Part shown: in pieces, positions 1 through 8,850 of the stretch
Position numbering within the stretch: the stretch's first letter is position 1
Layout of the letters: the number at the start of each line of letters is the position of its first letter
Source of the DNA: Candidatus Binatia bacterium
GTDB lineage: Bacteria; Desulfobacterota; Binatia; Bin18
Assembly: GCA_963664395.2 (NCBI GenBank)
Contig: OY761159.2
Location: 3,936,001 to 4,000,000 of the forward strand
Length of the DNA stretch: 64,000 nt
Direction of reading: 5' to 3'
Notes under the pieces: generated by a model
What the model was told of the DNA's origin: nothing
Databases searched by the model: none
What the model saw: only the letters and a program-made list of their open reading frames with translations
Program-made: the position numbers and the translations under genes

Positions 1-428
1 AACATATTCGGCCACATCTCTGTTTCAGTGAAAAAGAATACCTGCGGCTCGATACGCCTGAGGACGTGACGATTCACCAGTGGATAGTCCAGCGGGAAAT
101 AGAACACCCCATCTGCTTCGGGACACCGTTCGGTCGCGGCCTGGTACGCCGTCGCCGTGTGCACTGAAACCAGAAGCGGCGTGTTTGGAAAGCGTTCCTT
201 CAGCGCCCCTAAGAATGGCCGGGTTGCGAGGAGTTCGCCAACGGAAGGGGCGTGGAGCCAGAATGGCGAGGCGTGCCGTGTCAGTTGGATGACGGCTTGG
301 GGCAGCCGCCCGAGTCGTTGCCCCAAGCCGATGCGATAGCGTGACCTCAGCATGAGCGCAAGGAAGGCAAAGGGAAAAGCGATGACGATGAGCGCGGTCA
401 AAAGAACGTTGTAGACAATAAGGCTCAT
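1..428 (-). CDS. waaA: Kdo transferase (3-deoxy-D-manno-octulosonic acid transferase), N-terminal part; runs off the window
   Basis: Not in the ORF track. Manual translation from the ATG at 428 gives MSLIVYNVLLTALIVIAFPFAFLALM..., with WLHAPSVGE, YFPLDYP and FTETEMWPN, typical WaaA motifs. Lies at the end of the lipid A operon. Confidence 0.9.
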   Translation of the reverse strand, partial: MSLIVYNVLLTALIVIAFPFAFLALMLRSRYRIGLGQRLGRLPQAVIQLTRHASPFWLHAPSVGELLATRPFLGALKERFPNTPLLVSVHTATAYQAATERCPEADGVFYFPLDYPLVNRHVLRRIEPQVFFFTETEMWPNM

Positions 429-452
429 GATGGGCTCAGGGTTGGCTCAGGA

Positions 453-1190
453 TTACGAGAAATACGCGTCAGCCTGTTCTGTGATGGTACATAAACGCTC
501 TTCCAGTTCTTGCCGTTTCTGTTCCATTTGTTCGGGGGTAGCATCTGCTGGAACGGAAATGGGTGCCCCCACCACGTAGACGACTCGACTAAAAGGAAAG
601 GGGAGAATGAGACGATCCCAGCTCTTGATGCTGGTATGCCACGCAGCACTATACGTGGTCGGATACACCGGGGCGCCTGTGGCTCGGGCAAGCTGGAGCA
701 CGCCGGACTTGGCTTGCTGACAAGGCCCGCGGGGCCCATCCGGAACAACGATGAGATCGTAGCCGAGTCGATATGCCTCGACCATGCCTTTGAGACCGCC
801 GACCCAACCGCGAGAAGACGAGCCGCGGATCGCTGCAATACCGAAGCGCTTGAGAACACGGGTCGTAATTTCTCCGTCGCGGTGGATACTATTCATGACG
901 CAGGCCTTGGGGCCGTGATAGCCAAAGCGCATGAGTATAATGCGGCTATGCCAAAACGCCATGATGACCTGCTCACCACGGTTCCAGCGAGCAATCAAAT
1001 CATCCGCTCCGATTTCATGTTTTCTTGTCGTCACCTTGAGAAACCAGAGGAGGGCGGAAGCGAGGCCGGCCCACAAACGAATTTTTATCTCTGCCCCTAA
1101 TGGGAAGAGCGGCTGCTTGCCGAACGGGTGTGGCCGCTGCGAAGAGTCAGCGGCGGCAGGGACGGCAGGGCGCCGAGTTGAATTCAGCAT
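453..1190 (-). CDS. DUF374 / lysophospholipid acyltransferase family, LpxJ-like lipid A late acyltransferase
   Basis: FWHSR, SIHRDGE, RGSSSRG and PDGPRGP motifs; sits between msbA and waaA. The true start may be downstream. Confidence 0.8.
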   Translation of the reverse strand: MLNSTRRPAVPAAADSSQRPHPFGKQPLFPLGAEIKIRLWAGLASALLWFLKVTTRKHEIGADDLIARWNRGEQVIMAFWHSRIILMRFGYHGPKACVMNSIHRDGEITTRVLKRFGIAAIRGSSSRGWVGGLKGMVEAYRLGYDLIVVPDGPRGPCQQAKSGVLQLARATGAPVYPTTYSAAWHTSIKSWDRLILPFPFSRVVYVVGAPISVPADATPEQMEQKRQELEERLCTITEQADAYFS

Positions 1191-1196
1191 AACGCA

Positions 1197-2936
1197 TTAG
1201 GCAGCCGAACGTGGCACGGCGCGGAATTGGAGCTCATACAGGCGTCGGTAGTGGGTATTCTGTGCCAAGAGTTCTTCGTGCGGTCCTTCTTCCATGATGT
1301 GTCCGTTGTCCAAGACGACAATCCGATTGGCCTTCTGAATCGTTGATAAACGGTGGGCAATCACCAGCACGGTCCGCCCAACCATCAGCTGTTCGATGGC
1401 GTCTTGGACCAAGCGTTCCGATTCGTTATCGAGTGAAGAGGTTGCCTCATCAAGGATTAACACCGGCGCGTTTTTCAAGAGCGCACGCGCAATGGCGAGT
1501 CGTTGGCGCTGGCCTCCGGACAGAATAAGCCCCAGCTCGCCAATCTGGGTCGCATACCCCTCCGGTAGCGCCATGATGAATTCGTGGGCATGGGCGGCCT
1601 TGGCCGCGGCAATGATCTCCTCCTCAGGCCGTTCAGGCATGCCGTAGGCAATATTGTTGCGCACCGTGTCGTTAAACAAAAAGATAGTTTGGGTGACAAC
1701 GGCAATCTGAGAGCGCAGTGAGGCCAGCGTCAGGTCGCGGATGTCTGTTCCGTCAATGGTAATCTGTCCTGCACTGACATCGTAGAAGCGTGGAATCAAA
1801 TCGGCCAGCGTACTCTTTCCGCCACCACTGGGGCCGACTAAGGCCACGACCTGACCGGCGGCTATTGTGAGGTTGACATGCTGTAAGACCCACTCCTCTT
1901 GATAGCGAAAGGAGACGGCGTGGAACTGGATACGTCGCCGAAAGCGAGACAGGCCGTACGCCTGCGGCCGTTCTTGGACATCGCTGCGCTCGTCCAACAC
2001 CTCGAACAATCTTTCTGCCCCAGCCAATCCGCTTTGAACCGCGGTATTCGTTCGGGTGAGATGTTTGAAGGGTTGATAAATGAGCAACATGGCAGTCAGA
2101 AAGGCCACAAACCCGCCTTGGGTACGCTCTCCCTCAATGACGCTCATACCGCCATACCACACAACTCCGGCAATGCCGCAGGCGGCGAGGAGTTCAACCA
2201 TGGAGGGCACGAATGCCTTGAGGCGTCCAGCCCGGATGGCGTGTGTGTACAGCCGATGATTTTCGGCGGCAAAGCGTTCTCGTTCATAGCCTTCCATGCC
2301 AAAGGCTTTGACCACGCGCGTACCCTGGATCGTCTCTTGTAATAATGCCGATAAATAGCCCAGTGAGCCTTGGCCTTTTCGACTCAAACGACGGACCTTC
2401 TGATAGATCCGCATGAGCGGCAGTATGGTTGCGGGAAAGGCAATGAACGCGATACTGGCGAGAACCCAATCCTTTACAAACGCAACCGTCACCAAGACAA
2501 TAAGCGTAGTCGCGTCACGCATCATTGACGCCGTGGCTTGGGTGATCGCTTGGCGAACGAGCAGCGTGTCATTCGTCACCCGAGATATGAGGGTGCCGGT
2601 TGGGTGGCGCTGAAAAAAGGACAACGATAAGGATTGGAGATGGGCGTTCAGGGTATTGCGTAAATCTTCAACGATCCGTTGGCCGACGTATTCCATCAGA
2701 TAGATATGGCCAAAATTACACGCGCTCCGAAAGCTGAAGGTGATGATAATAATGAGGGGGAGGGTCTTGAGGGCAGCCAGATTCTTCTCGGCAAAAATAT
2801 CATCAAAAACATGTTCAACCAGAAAGGGCAGCACGCCGTTTGTGGCGCTGAATAAGATCATACACCCGACTGCGGGAAGAAACGCGCGGTAGAAGTACGG
2901 GCGCAAATACAACAGCAGGCGCCGATAAATATCCAT
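1197..2936 (-). CDS. msbA: Lipid A export ABC transporter permease/ATPase
   Basis: TM domain followed by GPSGGGKST, LSGGQRQR and ILDEATSSLD; directly after lpxB. Confidence 0.9.
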   Translation of the reverse strand: MDIYRRLLLYLRPYFYRAFLPAVGCMILFSATNGVLPFLVEHVFDDIFAEKNLAALKTLPLIIIITFSFRSACNFGHIYLMEYVGQRIVEDLRNTLNAHLQSLSLSFFQRHPTGTLISRVTNDTLLVRQAITQATASMMRDATTLIVLVTVAFVKDWVLASIAFIAFPATILPLMRIYQKVRRLSRKGQGSLGYLSALLQETIQGTRVVKAFGMEGYERERFAAENHRLYTHAIRAGRLKAFVPSMVELLAACGIAGVVWYGGMSVIEGERTQGGFVAFLTAMLLIYQPFKHLTRTNTAVQSGLAGAERLFEVLDERSDVQERPQAYGLSRFRRRIQFHAVSFRYQEEWVLQHVNLTIAAGQVVALVGPSGGGKSTLADLIPRFYDVSAGQITIDGTDIRDLTLASLRSQIAVVTQTIFLFNDTVRNNIAYGMPERPEEEIIAAAKAAHAHEFIMALPEGYATQIGELGLILSGGQRQRLAIARALLKNAPVLILDEATSSLDNESERLVQDAIEQLMVGRTVLVIAHRLSTIQKANRIVVLDNGHIMEEGPHEELLAQNTHYRRLYELQFRAVPRSAA

Positions 2937-2953
2937 AACTCCGCAAGACTGAA

Positions 2954-4078
2954 CTAGCGCTGTGCTAACAAATTGAAAATCAAGCCGGCCGCACGTTTGG
3001 CGGCCCCAGGTTCTCCGAGCTTGGTCCGGACCTCTCGTAATCCTTCTTGCGCAACGCTATATGCCCGTGCATCTGTTAGCAACTGCCGCGCTTCAGCGGC
3101 AATCCGCTCGGGGGTGACTGCGCTTTGCATCAACTCGGGCACAACCTGTCGCTCGGCAATGAGATTGGGCATGCCAATGAACGGGACGCGGACAAACAAA
3201 CGGGCCAACGCATAGGTCACTGGAGCCAGACGATACACAATCACCATGGGCCGTTCGAGCAAAGCCATCTCCAGTGTGGCCGTGCCCGAGGCGACGACAG
3301 CGAGGTCAGCGGCATGCGCAACGTTATAGGTATCTCCTTGAACAACCTGAATTGAGGCTGAGTACGCGCGGACTGTGGCTTCGATTTGGCCGGGGTCAAG
3401 CGTTGAGGCGACGGCGAGAATAAACTGATAGCTGTCTCCCAGAACGGCTGTTGCTTGCAGCAGCGGCGGGAGTAAATAGCGGACCTCTTGGGTCCGACTG
3501 CCCGGCAGCAGGACAATCGTCTTTCGACCGGGATTGAGGTGATACTGTCGGAGTGTATCGTCCCGGGAACGGGTTGGCCGTACGCGATCAACCAGCGGAT
3601 GCCCAACAAACTCAACTGAGCAGCCATGCGCAGCATAAAAGTCCAGCTCAAACGGAAACACTGCGGCAAGCAGGTCCACCCGCTTTGCAATAGTATAGAC
3701 ACGCTTCCTCCGCCAGGCCCATACCTGCGGGCTGATATAGTAAAAGACGGGGACGTTGACGTGCTGTGCGACTTTTGCCAGCCTCAAATTAAACTCCGGA
3801 AAATCAATCAGCACTAGCAAATCCGGGGGATGCGTACGCAGGATATGGGTCAGTGCACGATAGGTCCGCACGATAGCAGTGATCTTATCGGCTGCCTCGA
3901 ATAAGCCCATGCCGGCGATGGTTGCAGAATCAACCAGAATCCGCGTGCCTACCGCCCGCAGGGCCGGTCCCCCCACCCCAAAGATGTCAAGCTGCGGTTG
4001 CCGTGTCTTCAGGGCTAAGACAAGATCGGCTCCGTGCACGTCACCCGAAGCTTCCCCGGCAACGAGCAGAATCCGCAC
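2954..4078 (-). CDS. lpxB: Lipid-A-disaccharide synthase
   Basis: AGEASGD, IDFPEFN, SPQVWAWR, LLPGSR and SGTATLE motifs. Confidence 0.97.
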   Translation of the reverse strand: MRILLVAGEASGDVHGADLVLALKTRQPQLDIFGVGGPALRAVGTRILVDSATIAGMGLFEAADKITAIVRTYRALTHILRTHPPDLLVLIDFPEFNLRLAKVAQHVNVPVFYYISPQVWAWRRKRVYTIAKRVDLLAAVFPFELDFYAAHGCSVEFVGHPLVDRVRPTRSRDDTLRQYHLNPGRKTIVLLPGSRTQEVRYLLPPLLQATAVLGDSYQFILAVASTLDPGQIEATVRAYSASIQVVQGDTYNVAHAADLAVVASGTATLEMALLERPMVIVYRLAPVTYALARLFVRVPFIGMPNLIAERQVVPELMQSAVTPERIAAEARQLLTDARAYSVAQEGLREVRTKLGEPGAAKRAAGLIFNLLAQR

Positions 4079-5061
4079 TAGGAAATCTCCAGGCTCTCGA
4101 TAATGCGTTCGGCCTCTTCCAGGGCTTGGAGGCCGTCCAGGCCACTGACGAGCGGTGTGCTGCGGTCGTGCACGGAACGGACAAACGCTCTGATTTCTTC
4201 TTCCAGCGCATCTTCACCACCTACTGTGCGCTCTTCAAAAGAGAGGTTGGGCAGGGCTGCATCGCTTTCTGCCGGCTCCCGGCGACAAATGCGAATGGTA
4301 TGCGCGCCATAATCTACAACAAGATAGGTGTCAGGCTGGAAAACGCGCATCTTCCGTTCTCGCTTGAGTGCCACCCGGCTGGCAGTAATATTCGCAATAC
4401 AGCCTGAAGCAAAGCGCAGGCGGACGTTAGCGATATCTGGCTCGTCCGTCAGGACTGGTACGCCGAACGCCTCGCGTGACACAACGGGCGAGCGGACCAG
4501 GCTGAGAATAACGTCCAAGTCGTGAATCATTAAATCCCGCACGACGTCAACGTCTGTCCCCCGCTCAATAAATGGCGCGACTCGATGACATTCAATAAAG
4601 CGTGGTGCAGTCAGTATGCCAGTCAACGAACGGAGCGCTGGGTTAAAGCGTTCCAAATGTCCGACCTGTAGTATGCGGCCGTGCTTATGTGCGAGGTCAA
4701 CGAGTTGACGGCCTTCAGCGCCGGTTGCTGCGAGGGGCTTTTCAACCAGGACGTCAATGCCCTGCGCGAGGAAATCTCGGGCCACTGCACAGTGTAATTG
4801 GGTGGGCACGGCTATGCTCACACAGTCTACGTTTCCAAACAGCGCGCGATAATCGGTCTGGGCTGAGGTCTGGCACTCCTGTGCGACTTCTTCGGCCCGG
4901 GCGGCATCGGTATCGACAACGCCCACTAAATCGACGCTCTCTAAATTGGCATACTTTTGGGCATGAAAGCGTCCAAGATAGCCAACCCCAACAATGCCTG
5001 CCCGAAGCGAAACGCTCTGCGTAGATGCTGCGTGTGACGACGGAATCAGCGGGCTGGCCAT
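4078..5061 (-). CDS. gnnA: Gfo/Idh/MocA oxidoreductase, probable UDP-GlcNAc 3-dehydrogenase (GnnA-like)
   Basis: GVGYLG, VEKP, GHLERFNP and DLMIHDLD motifs; overlaps the lpxB start by 1 nt. Confidence 0.7.
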   Translation of the reverse strand: MASPLIPSSHAASTQSVSLRAGIVGVGYLGRFHAQKYANLESVDLVGVVDTDAARAEEVAQECQTSAQTDYRALFGNVDCVSIAVPTQLHCAVARDFLAQGIDVLVEKPLAATGAEGRQLVDLAHKHGRILQVGHLERFNPALRSLTGILTAPRFIECHRVAPFIERGTDVDVVRDLMIHDLDVILSLVRSPVVSREAFGVPVLTDEPDIANVRLRFASGCIANITASRVALKRERKMRVFQPDTYLVVDYGAHTIRICRREPAESDAALPNLSFEERTVGGEDALEEEIRAFVRSVHDRSTPLVSGLDGLQALEEAERIIESLEIS

Positions 5062-5204
5062 CAGCTAGTTCTCCCAGTGGTGTGACATGCCATGAGGCAG
5101 AGCGCATGTCATCCGCAAACGGTATCCATATCAACACAAAGTGGGGAACAATGCCTGTGACACAGGACAAGAATGATTTGTCTGATGAGCATCAATTCCC
5201 GCAA

Positions 5205-5786
5205 TTAAGACGTAACCTTTTCAGTCAGGGCTTGTGACGATTGCTCCTGTGATGTCTCTCCTGCTTGCGTACCGGGTAGACTCAGCGAGCTTGTCGGGGG
5301 ACCTTTCATCAGGTTGAAGTAGAGCTGAGGAAAGGCATCGGGTTTATCTGTCGAGATTGGCTTCCAGTCGCCGCCGCGGACATAGGTCGCTCCGCCAGCG
5401 TACTCCCACCTGTTTGCTTTCCACTCATAGGTTGCCCGACACGGGATGAGGCGTGGAATCATATTTTTGATGAGAGCCTGTTCAGCTTCCTCCTTAGTCT
5501 CAAAGAAGTCGCTCTGCGTTACTTTGCACGTAAAGGTGACGATACCAAGGGTCTTTTCTGGGTCACGGGTGTCCACAATATAAGTCATATGCCGTATACC
5601 AAAGGTGAGCTTTGCCCACCGAAGCAAGATGTCATCTCGAAAAACGGGTTCCGTCTGTTCTATGACCTTTTGGATATCTGCAATAAATTCCTCCAGGTTT
5701 TTTTTTAAGGGTTCCTTGGCAAAGGCGAAGGATAGGGGCTGAATAAAGAGAAGCAGGTTGACGAGGATAACAATTGTACGCTTCAT
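5205..5786 (-). CDS. Hypothetical secreted protein
   Basis: 193-aa ORF with a Sec signal peptide (MKR, hydrophobic core, AFA); no family recognised. Confidence 0.7.
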   Translation of the reverse strand: MKRTIVILVNLLLFIQPLSFAFAKEPLKKNLEEFIADIQKVIEQTEPVFRDDILLRWAKLTFGIRHMTYIVDTRDPEKTLGIVTFTCKVTQSDFFETKEEAEQALIKNMIPRLIPCRATYEWKANRWEYAGGATYVRGGDWKPISTDKPDAFPQLYFNLMKGPPTSSLSLPGTQAGETSQEQSSQALTEKVTS

Positions 5787-5906
5787 TATAACTTACTCAT
5801 TTCGCTCAGTATCCCGTGCAGCCCCTATTACTAAAACGCTTCTTTGACAATGTAAACAAGCCGAGAGTGGAGACGGTGTTCTGTTGGCTGGCTTGCGGCT
5901 GGCTTG

Positions 5907-5923
5907 ATTCGCCTTTTGTTCGC
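5907..5923 (+). promoter_or_regulatory. Candidate LexA operator (direct repeat ATTCGCCTTTTGTTCGC)
   Basis: One mismatch from GTTC-N7-GTTC; 26 nt upstream of the lexA ATG. Confidence 0.5.
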
Positions 5924-5949
5924 TGGCATAAAGTTGACAGGAGGTCATT

Positions 5950-6561
5950 ATGACACTGACCCGACGGCAAAAGGAAATCTGGGATTATCTGGCAGCCTAT
6001 GCTGAAGAATATGGCTATTCCCCGACACTTGAGGAAATTGGTGCCCACTTTGGCCTCTCCTCTCTGGCGACAGTCCACAAGCATTTGAGTAATCTCGAAC
6101 GCAAAGGTCTGATTGCCAGAAAGTGGAACCTCAGCCGTGCCATTGAGCTCACGCCGCCTGAGCATCCAGTCGAAGCCGTTGAACTGCCGCTGCTTGGAGA
6201 AGTTGCGGCCGGTGCGCCTATTGAGGCCATAGAAACCGAGGCGAGACTCGCTGTTCCTGTTGATTTCGTCCGCCGCCCACACGACGCGTTTACACTCCGT
6301 GTACGGGGCGAATCGATGGTCGGCGAGGGGATTCTCGATGGTGATTTTATTGTGGTCGAGCCGCGTCCCACTGCGGATAACGGAGAAACCGTTGTTGCTC
6401 TTGTCGATGGCGATGCAACGGTCAAGAAGTTCCACCGAGAAGCGGATGGCATGATTCGTCTCCAACCCGCCAACCCGAGCATGGAGCCGATTCTTGCGCA
6501 GGAAGAGGCTGTAGAGGTGCGCGGCATTGTGGTCGCCGTACTGAGAAAATATGGGAAGTAG
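5950..6561 (+). CDS. lexA: SOS response repressor LexA
   Basis: N-terminal wHTH (LTRRQKEI...SPTLEEIG), cleavage site VAAGAP, catalytic Ser in GESM and Lys in TVKK; GGAGG RBS. Confidence 0.97.
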   Translation: MTLTRRQKEIWDYLAAYAEEYGYSPTLEEIGAHFGLSSLATVHKHLSNLERKGLIARKWNLSRAIELTPPEHPVEAVELPLLGEVAAGAPIEAIETEARLAVPVDFVRRPHDAFTLRVRGESMVGEGILDGDFIVVEPRPTADNGETVVALVDGDATVKKFHREADGMIRLQPANPSMEPILAQEEAVEVRGIVVAVLRKYGK

Positions 6562-6569
6562 GCTGAGTC

Positions 6570-7715
6570 GTGCTCTTTTCCCTCTACGTTCATATTCCCT
6601 ATTGTCTCAGCAAATGCCCCTACTGTGACTTTAACGCCTACGCCGCCCAAAGCTGGCCTGAGGCGCGTTATATCGACGCCCTGTGCAAAGAGTTTGCCTC
6701 CTATATGCAGGCTCCGCCCTGGCAGGGCGAAACGCTTGAAACGATCTATTTCGGCGGCGGAACACCGTCGCTCTTTCAGCCCGAATCGCTGGAGCGTTTT
6801 CTCACTTGCGTCTCCGATCACTGTCCGCTGTCTCCTGACGTAGAGATGTCTCTTGAAGCCGACCCGGCTACTGGTTCGCTCGAAACACTCTCCGGATATC
6901 GGGCGCTCGGGATAAGCCGGCTGAGTCTCGGCATCCAATCATTTGAGCCGTCTGTGCTACGGACGCTGGGCCGACTCCACACGGGAGAGGAAGCGCTACG
7001 GGCAATCGAACTGGCGAGGGCAGCCGAGTTTTTCAACCTGAATATCGACCTCATATTCGGTGTACCAAATCAGACGACGGACCTGCTTGCGCGCGACCTC
7101 AACCAGGTATTCGGCTGTGAACCGGAACATATTTCGCTGTATGGTTTGACCTATGAAGAGAACACTCCATTTTATGCAATGAGGCAAAAGGGGGTATTGC
7201 AACCGGTGGATGAAGAGACCGAGATCGCCATGTATGCTCAGGTCCAGGCGGCATGTGCCGCCCACGGCTATGAGCGATATGAGATCTCCAATTTTGCCCG
7301 CCCTGGGTACGCGTCTCAGCACAATCTGCGCTATTGGCAGGGCGGGGCCTACCTCGGGCTGGGAGCCGGAGCGCATTCGTTCTCGTGTACGCCAGGCTGG
7401 GGGACGCGCTGGAGCAATATACGGAATCCAAAAACCTATATGGACAGGGCGCTCTCTACGGGCCGGACAGACCACTATGTCGAGCAATTGACCAAAGAGC
7501 AGGCGCGTGGCGAGTTTCTCTTTCTCAATCTTCGCCAGAGGGATGGCATGTCCCTGAGTGGATTTGCTCGGCGGTTCGGGCGGCCATTCTTTGAGCAGTT
7601 TCCGCACGCGGCTGACATGATAAACGAAGGGCTCATGACCCAGAGCTCGGGAAAGATCAGACTCACCCCCAAGGGCTTGCTGGTGGCTGACAGTGTTTTT
7701 GCGAGCTTTTTTTAG
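6570..7715 (+). CDS. hemW: Radical SAM heme chaperone HemW (HemN-like)
   Basis: LYVHIPYC-x3-C-x2-C-DFN, YFGGGTPS, YEISNFA and HNLRYW motifs. Confidence 0.9.
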   Translation: MLFSLYVHIPYCLSKCPYCDFNAYAAQSWPEARYIDALCKEFASYMQAPPWQGETLETIYFGGGTPSLFQPESLERFLTCVSDHCPLSPDVEMSLEADPATGSLETLSGYRALGISRLSLGIQSFEPSVLRTLGRLHTGEEALRAIELARAAEFFNLNIDLIFGVPNQTTDLLARDLNQVFGCEPEHISLYGLTYEENTPFYAMRQKGVLQPVDEETEIAMYAQVQAACAAHGYERYEISNFARPGYASQHNLRYWQGGAYLGLGAGAHSFSCTPGWGTRWSNIRNPKTYMDRALSTGRTDHYVEQLTKEQARGEFLFLNLRQRDGMSLSGFARRFGRPFFEQFPHAADMINEGLMTQSSGKIRLTPKGLLVADSVFASFF

Positions 7716-8239
7716 CTTTCGGGGTCCGTCTCCTGGCTAAAATGCCGATACAACACGTTCATATACGGGCCGCAGGGACGACGCGCCTTAAAAAAGTCGC
7801 GTGCTTCTTCGAGTGACAGGGCGTGATGGACATGCAGATAGGCAATCGCAACCGTAGGGGCACGATTGCAGCCAGCATTACAGTGGAGGAACACCCGCCT
7901 GCCAGTCTGGAGGCTGGCCTGGAGCAGCTCAAGAGCCTGGGGCAGAGCCTCGGCTAAGCTGTCACAATCATAATCAGCCACGGGCGTTCGTAAGAATGCC
8001 ATCTGATTGTCGCGGTAGGCAGTGTGTAGCGCCTTTATATCCAGCCCCTTAAGGTTGAGATCCTCAGCATCCTGGAGGTTTAAAACGGCAGAAATTCCAA
8101 AGGTTTGTCTGAGCCAGGGGACATCTTCAACTCGAGGATATTCTCCAACAAAGAGGTTGGGGAGAATTTCACTGACTTCAGGACGGCGGGCGCGAATAGC
8201 GCCCGCCGTTGGAGCAAACGGATGATAAAAATCAACCAT
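7712..8239 (-). CDS. Dual-specificity phosphatase (laforin/SEX4-like DSP domain)
   Basis: CX5R loop HCNAGCNR; also ILPNLFVG and GISAVLNLQ. Confidence 0.85.
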   Translation of the reverse strand: MVDFYHPFAPTAGAIRARRPEVSEILPNLFVGEYPRVEDVPWLRQTFGISAVLNLQDAEDLNLKGLDIKALHTAYRDNQMAFLRTPVADYDCDSLAEALPQALELLQASLQTGRRVFLHCNAGCNRAPTVAIAYLHVHHALSLEEARDFFKARRPCGPYMNVLYRHFSQETDPES

Positions 8240-8245
8240 CCGTGC

Positions 8246-8274
8246 AAGGTAAAGAAGGGTGACACCGGCGTCAA
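8246..8274 (-). promoter_or_regulatory. Sigma70-type promoter, leaderless arrangement for the DSP gene
   Basis: TTGACG-17 nt-TACCTT-6 nt-ATG on the minus strand; no SD sequence. Confidence 0.6.
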
Positions 8275-8407
8275 CACAACCTGAAAGACAGAATGAGATA
8301 GAGGCTTGCTATTCATGGCCTATTTCCGATAGGAATAACGGGGCGGCTGGGGTCCCAGCGTCCAACCAAGGTCGAACAAGAGTGCAAGACTGAAGGAGGG
8401 TCGAGTG

Positions 8408-8779
8408 ATGAGCGCAGAGAACGAAAAATTGGTCACGGATTTTTGTAACGCCTGGTCCAACCTCAACGTGGACGAACTGTTGGGCTACCTGAGCGCAGAG
8501 TGCTTCTATCACAATATCCCTATGGAGCCGTGTGTCGGCCATGCGGCAATCCGTGCCTTTGCCGAGCCGTTCTTAAAGAATGCGCAGAGCGCGCAATTTG
8601 AGATCAAGCACACCACCTCGTCTGGGAACGTGGTGATGAACGAGCGGGTTGATACCTTTGTCATGGGGGCAAAGACGATTTCCTTACCGGTGGCAGGCAT
8701 ATTTGAAGTGACTGAGGGCAAAATCTCTGCCTGGCGTGATTACTTTGACCTCGCATCATTTAATAAACAAATGGGTTAA
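8408..8779 (+). CDS. Limonene-1,2-epoxide hydrolase / SnoaL-like family protein
   Basis: YHN, NERVD and WRDYFD motifs. Confidence 0.85.
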   Translation: MSAENEKLVTDFCNAWSNLNVDELLGYLSAECFYHNIPMEPCVGHAAIRAFAEPFLKNAQSAQFEIKHTTSSGNVVMNERVDTFVMGAKTISLPVAGIFEVTEGKISAWRDYFDLASFNKQMG

Positions 8780-8850
8780 GAGCGCAGATGGGCTAAGAGC
8801 GTGTCCTGGCGTGAGTGTGGAAGATTCGTGAACGCGTAGAAAGGCTGATT

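Noticed and set aside
5806-6938. Long antisense ORFs over lexA/hemW (and similar ones at 35380, 38014, 42190, 45546)
   Set aside because: They are shadows of well-supported genes in GC-rich DNA, with no motifs of their own.
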